Virus record (IMG/VR): IMGVR_UViG_3300042402_000989
Span: 2,379 to 66,378 of that record
Length of the DNA: 64,000 nt
Direction: 5' to 3' (one strand)
From: a virus
Shown here: in pieces, positions 60,406 to 64,000 of the stretch
How the letters are laid out: each line of letters starts with the position of its first letter
How positions within the stretch are numbered: position 1 is the first letter of the stretch
Notes under the pieces: model-generated
Told to the model about the DNA's origin: nothing
Seen by the model: only the letters and a program-made list of their open reading frames with translations
Databases searched by the model: none
Program-made: the position numbers and the translations under genes

Positions 60406-61476
60406 ATGTCTGACAATATTCGGCCTTTTTGTGTCGCACCGTGGGCAAGTATTCGTTACGGTGCGTTACTTCATGGAGGAGGAGTGACTCCTTGTTGCGA
60501 ATGGAGAGGCGATACGTTTAACGGTTCTTTAGAATCTTATTTTAAGAGTGAGTTATTAGAACATATTAAACATGCAATGATAACTCACAACTATTCACTT
60601 TTAAATGAATCGTGCGAAACTTGTATTTCTTTGGAAACCTTAAACATAACATCTACCAGGCAACAACTGCATAATAAGAAATTAGCGATTTCCGACGGGT
60701 TGCGTATAATTGATTATCGACCTAGCAATTTATGCAACTTGAAATGCAGAATGTGTTTTGCTGGCAGTAGTTCATTGATTGCAAAAGAAGAGAATAAAAA
60801 AATAACACAATTCGATACAAGTGATATCTATTCGATGGATTTTACAAATTTATGTCAATTAAAGGTTCTTGGCGGCGAACCTACTATTTCAGATGATGTA
60901 ATCAATCTATTGAACTTTTTAGTAAAAAACAATTTCGCTAAAAATATTGATCTTATGTTTACTACTAACGCAACAAACGCAACTAAGAAATGGATGGATT
61001 TAATTAGTAAGTTCAGAAATTGTTTTGTAGTTATAAGTTTAGATGGCATCGGTAAAGTTTATGATTATATCAGAACTAATGCTAATTGGAGTAGTGTTTT
61101 AAAAAATGTTGAAATATACGAACAAAGTGATTTAGATGTGTTTTTTCAAATAACTGCGTCAATGTATAATATGCCTGTTGTAGAAGATTGGATTGAATGG
61201 TTTTTTAATAAAACAAACGTAGATATATATCCAGTGGAAGGACGACCTGAATTAACGTTAGCTGCATTGCCAGATGATATAAGACAAGAAAAAATTGATT
61301 ACCTAAAAAAGTTTAATAATAAAATAACAAATGACGCAATAGCTATATTGTCTGCAGATCGGTTTGATAAATCAATACATGATAAATTTAAAAATTATAC
61401 ATATACTAAAGATAAAATAAGAAACACTAATATATTAGACGTGTCTCTTGTATATGAAAGAGTTATGAATATATGA
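60406..61476 (+). CDS. Radical SAM protein with N-terminal Twitch/SPASM-like domain
   Basis: CNLKCRMC, LGGEP; N-terminal FCVAPW..PCC..CETC. Confidence 0.9.
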   Translation: MSDNIRPFCVAPWASIRYGALLHGGGVTPCCEWRGDTFNGSLESYFKSELLEHIKHAMITHNYSLLNESCETCISLETLNITSTRQQLHNKKLAISDGLRIIDYRPSNLCNLKCRMCFAGSSSLIAKEENKKITQFDTSDIYSMDFTNLCQLKVLGGEPTISDDVINLLNFLVKNNFAKNIDLMFTTNATNATKKWMDLISKFRNCFVVISLDGIGKVYDYIRTNANWSSVLKNVEIYEQSDLDVFFQITASMYNMPVVEDWIEWFFNKTNVDIYPVEGRPELTLAALPDDIRQEKIDYLKKFNNKITNDAIAILSADRFDKSIHDKFKNYTYTKDKIRNTNILDVSLVYERVMNI

Positions 61477-62012
61477 TAATAACAGGTAATAAAAACAAAG
61501 GTATAGCAAAAGAACTGCTTGCAATATACCCTAATGCTACATTCTGCAGTAGAGAAACCGGTTATGATCTTGTTGCTAAAGAAGGTAGGGAACAATTTGC
61601 TAACGAAGCTATAAATCATGACATTATAATACTTAATTCTGCACTATGGCAGTTCCAACAAACTGTACTACTAGATACAGTATACAAGGCACTCATTAAT
61701 GCTAATAAAACAGCATATATTGTATGCATTGGTAGTACAACCGATCGAGTTAACAAAGGTACAAGTTGGCTTTATAATGCAGAGAAAAAAGCGTTGCGTG
61801 ATTACTGTAATAGTTTAAGTTTGTTAGGTGTATGGAATGGTGGACCAAGAGTCTCTTATATTAGCTTTGGAACGTTGTCTAACAACCAGCATAAGCACCT
61901 GGATCGTGCGTGTATGGATATATCTATTGCAGCAAACTATATAAAATGGGTAATAGATCAGCCTATTCATATTAATGAAATTAGCTTAGATCCGATACAA
62001 CCCTCTCAATAA
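61473..62012 (+). CDS. Short-chain dehydrogenase/reductase (SDR)-like protein
   Basis: IITG...GIA, ILNSA, IGS, YNAEK (YxxxK). Confidence 0.75.
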   Translation: MIITGNKNKGIAKELLAIYPNATFCSRETGYDLVAKEGREQFANEAINHDIIILNSALWQFQQTVLLDTVYKALINANKTAYIVCIGSTTDRVNKGTSWLYNAEKKALRDYCNSLSLLGVWNGGPRVSYISFGTLSNNQHKHLDRACMDISIAANYIKWVIDQPIHINEISLDPIQPSQ

Positions 62013-62033
62013 ATACAGAAGAAAGTTATTACA

Positions 62034-63476
62034 ATGTTAGATTTATTAATTTGCATCATACCTAAGATTAATCCAGATGCACCGACTGTCGGGCCTGCGG
62101 TATTAAAATCACATTGTGAAGCAGCAGGGTTTTCGTGTGAAGTAGTAGACTTTAACATTAAACTGTATAATGAATTAAAAAACAAAAACAAGGATAATTT
62201 ATACTTTAAAGACGATGCGTTGTTTGCAATAGAACATACTGCACCAGATTTAACGCCGGACTTTGAATTATTTTATAATGAGTTTGAATATGTGTTTCTA
62301 GATTGGATTGAATTAATCAAAAGAAAGAATCCACGTGTAATCGGATTAAGTTTGCTAACAATTTTTAGTTTAGGTGTAGCAACACGCCTAGGGGAATTAA
62401 TTAGAATTCACATACCTGATCTCAAAATATTATGGGGCGGTGCTGCAGTTGAATGGGGTATCGACGTTTTTAAAGAGCGCAACTTACTTGACGATTATAT
62501 CTTCGGCGACGGTGAGTTGAGTGTAGTTGAATATCTCAAAGGTAATATGAATTACAAAGGCATAAACAGCTTAGATGTAAATCAAATTAATAATTTAAAC
62601 GAAATATTGTTACCTAATTATGATGATATCAACTGGGATGAATATTATGATATGGATGGAGATTTGCCCGTCTATATCACTGGTAGTAGAGGGTGCGTCA
62701 AACGTTGCACGTTTTGTAACGTCTTTGATGTTTGGCCAGACTTTAGATATCGCAGCGGTAAAAATATTGCAAGCGAGATTATTAGTCTTAAAGAACGATA
62801 TAACAGATACACGTTTAGATTTACTGATAGTTTGATCAATGGCAGTATGAAAGCGTTTAGAAATTTAATGACAGAGTTAATCGAGTACAGAACGATAAAC
62901 GACACATTCGGTTGGAGTAGTCAATGGATTATTCGTTCTAAAAGTCAAAGTCCCGAATCGGACTATGCAAACATGAAAAAAAGCGGTTGTGCTATGTTAG
63001 AAATTGGGCTAGAATCATTTAGTCAAAGAGTACGATATCACATGGGTAAAAAGTTTTCAGATTCTGATATGTGGTGGTGTTTGGAGCAGTTAAACAAATA
63101 TAAAATACCCCATGTATTATTAATGATTACTGGTTATCCAACAGAAACCGAAGAAGATCATCAAACTACATTGCGATCAGTTAGAAAAATATATGAAATG
63201 AATTGGAAATATACAACATTTAGTTTTGGTAATACACTAATGCTATCAAATGCACAACCATTGTATAAATTAATCGAAGACGACTTAGAATATTTTAATA
63301 GTAACGTTGATTGGAAGTATAAAGATAACGATTTAAAAACACGAGTCCGTCGGTTTAACGAGGTCAATGGTTTAATAAGTGAGTTAACTAATCAGCCCGA
63401 GTTGTACTGGATGAATGAAAGGGCAATTCAGAATCATAATAGTGCAATTGAAAACAAGGATGTTAGAATTACTTAA
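62034..63476 (+). CDS. Cobalamin-binding radical SAM protein (class B methyltransferase-like)
   Basis: B12-binding N-terminus; GSRGCVKRCTFC; GLESFS; TGYPTET; close paralog of 55141..56577; AATAAATA at 62008-62015. Confidence 0.88.
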   Translation: MLDLLICIIPKINPDAPTVGPAVLKSHCEAAGFSCEVVDFNIKLYNELKNKNKDNLYFKDDALFAIEHTAPDLTPDFELFYNEFEYVFLDWIELIKRKNPRVIGLSLLTIFSLGVATRLGELIRIHIPDLKILWGGAAVEWGIDVFKERNLLDDYIFGDGELSVVEYLKGNMNYKGINSLDVNQINNLNEILLPNYDDINWDEYYDMDGDLPVYITGSRGCVKRCTFCNVFDVWPDFRYRSGKNIASEIISLKERYNRYTFRFTDSLINGSMKAFRNLMTELIEYRTINDTFGWSSQWIIRSKSQSPESDYANMKKSGCAMLEIGLESFSQRVRYHMGKKFSDSDMWWCLEQLNKYKIPHVLLMITGYPTETEEDHQTTLRSVRKIYEMNWKYTTFSFGNTLMLSNAQPLYKLIEDDLEYFNSNVDWKYKDNDLKTRVRRFNEVNGLISELTNQPELYWMNERAIQNHNSAIENKDVRIT

Positions 63477-63557
63477 CGATTGTCAGCTGTTATAATTTTT
63501 AATTTTACCTGCATTGTGTTCCATAGTAATATTTATTGGTATTAAATACATACACAA

Positions 63558-63585
63558 TTGACAAATATCTAGATGGTGTTATAAT
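63558..63585 (+). promoter_or_regulatory. Sigma70-type promoter TTGACA-N16-TATAAT with extended -10 (TGn)
   Basis: TTGACA at 63558-63563, TG at 63577-63578, TATAAT at 63580-63585; ATG at 63592. Confidence 0.75.
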
Positions 63586-63591
63586 ATAACT

Positions 63592-64000
63592 ATGACTGAA
63601 GATTTAAAATGGAGCAACTATGACTTTACCAAAATCCCGTTTGACGACATTGTTCAAGTCGGCCAGCGGACACTCTTATATAGAGACTTATTTACTGTAT
63701 CTTGGCTCCTTGGCAGATACTGCAACTACAGATGCTCCTACTGTTGGCCGTATGCCAGATCTAACACCAAAGATCATAGACCTACAGAACTATGCTTCAA
63801 AACGATCGACGAAATAAAGCGTCAAGCTCGTGATAACGGCTTTAATAGCTTTCATTTTTCTTTATCTGGCGGTGAGCCTACTTTTCACCCTGGTTACTTG
63901 GACATTCTCAAATATCTTGCCGATGATGTTTCTAATACTAATTATACTAGTATTCATATGACATCTAATTGCTCAAGACCTGTTAAATGGTTTGAGCAAT
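63592..64000 (+). CDS. Radical SAM protein, 3'-truncated by window end (not in ORF track)
   Basis: Own translation: MTEDLKWSNYDFTKIPFDDIVQVGQRTLLYRDLFTVSWLLGRYCNYRCSYCWPYARS...FSLSGGEPTFHP...MTSNCSR. Confidence 0.88.
   Translation, partial: MTEDLKWSNYDFTKIPFDDIVQVGQRTLLYRDLFTVSWLLGRYCNYRCSYCWPYARSNTKDHRPTELCFKTIDEIKRQARDNGFNSFHFSLSGGEPTFHPGYLDILKYLADDVSNTNYTSIHMTSNCSRPVKWFEQ

Noticed and set aside
491-63367. Dozens of 60-120 aa ORFs in the track that lie antisense to, or out of frame within, long genes
   Set aside because: They are fully nested shadows of well-supported genes, with no motifs or RBS.
63483-63537. Minus-strand AATAAATA followed by a 13-codon ORF (MEHNAGKIKNYNS)
   Set aside because: Too short to support; at most a gene remnant.
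63620-63817. 65-aa + ORF from the track
   Set aside because: It is out of frame within the radical SAM gene starting at 63592, which has the promoter and the CxxxCxxC motif.
1-64000. Stop-codon reassignment, as seen in some jumbo phages
   Set aside because: The standard code gives near-complete coding density, and TAA, TGA and TAG all end genes cleanly.
1-64000. CRISPR array, tRNA/rRNA, transposase, intron or intein
   Set aside because: No periodic nucleotide repeats, cloverleafs or mobile-element motifs were seen, and the intergenic gaps are too short. This was checked by eye only.

Overview
AT-rich, densely packed, almost entirely + strand window that reads as part of a large (jumbo-type, T4-superfamily-like) tailed phage genome; this is inferred from virion-protein motifs and NATAAATA late-promoter-like sites. 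Bases 1-12.9 kb hold a virion module: a protein of at least 3353 aa (baseplate/tail), a small structural protein, a tail-fibre-like protein and a protein with a Tyr-Gly-rich loop. Directly downstream, 13-64 kb is one continuous tailoring-enzyme island with 20 radical SAM genes. Twelve have an N-terminal Twitch/SPASM-like Cys domain, five have a C-terminal SPASM-like domain, two are cobalamin-dependent, and one is truncated at the window end and missing from the ORF track. The island also holds 4-5 glycosyltransferase-like genes, 3 QueC-like PP-loop enzymes, about 5 methyltransferases, a carbamoyltransferase, an amidinotransferase, 2 PLP enzymes, 2 2OG-Fe(II)-like oxygenases, a kinase, a nucleotidyltransferase-HAD fusion, sulfotransferase-like proteins, an Arg-tRNA-transferase-like protein, an SGNH protein, an SDR, a nitroreductase and a Na+:solute symporter. 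Two small ORFs below the track cut-off were found by reading the sequence: a 59-aa seven-Cys peptide and a 38-aa PFIY peptide. The leading hypothesis is a phage-encoded, late-expressed system that hypermodifies virion proteins or their glycans. All product calls come from motif recognition; no database searches were run. No tRNA, rRNA, CRISPR array or transposase was seen.
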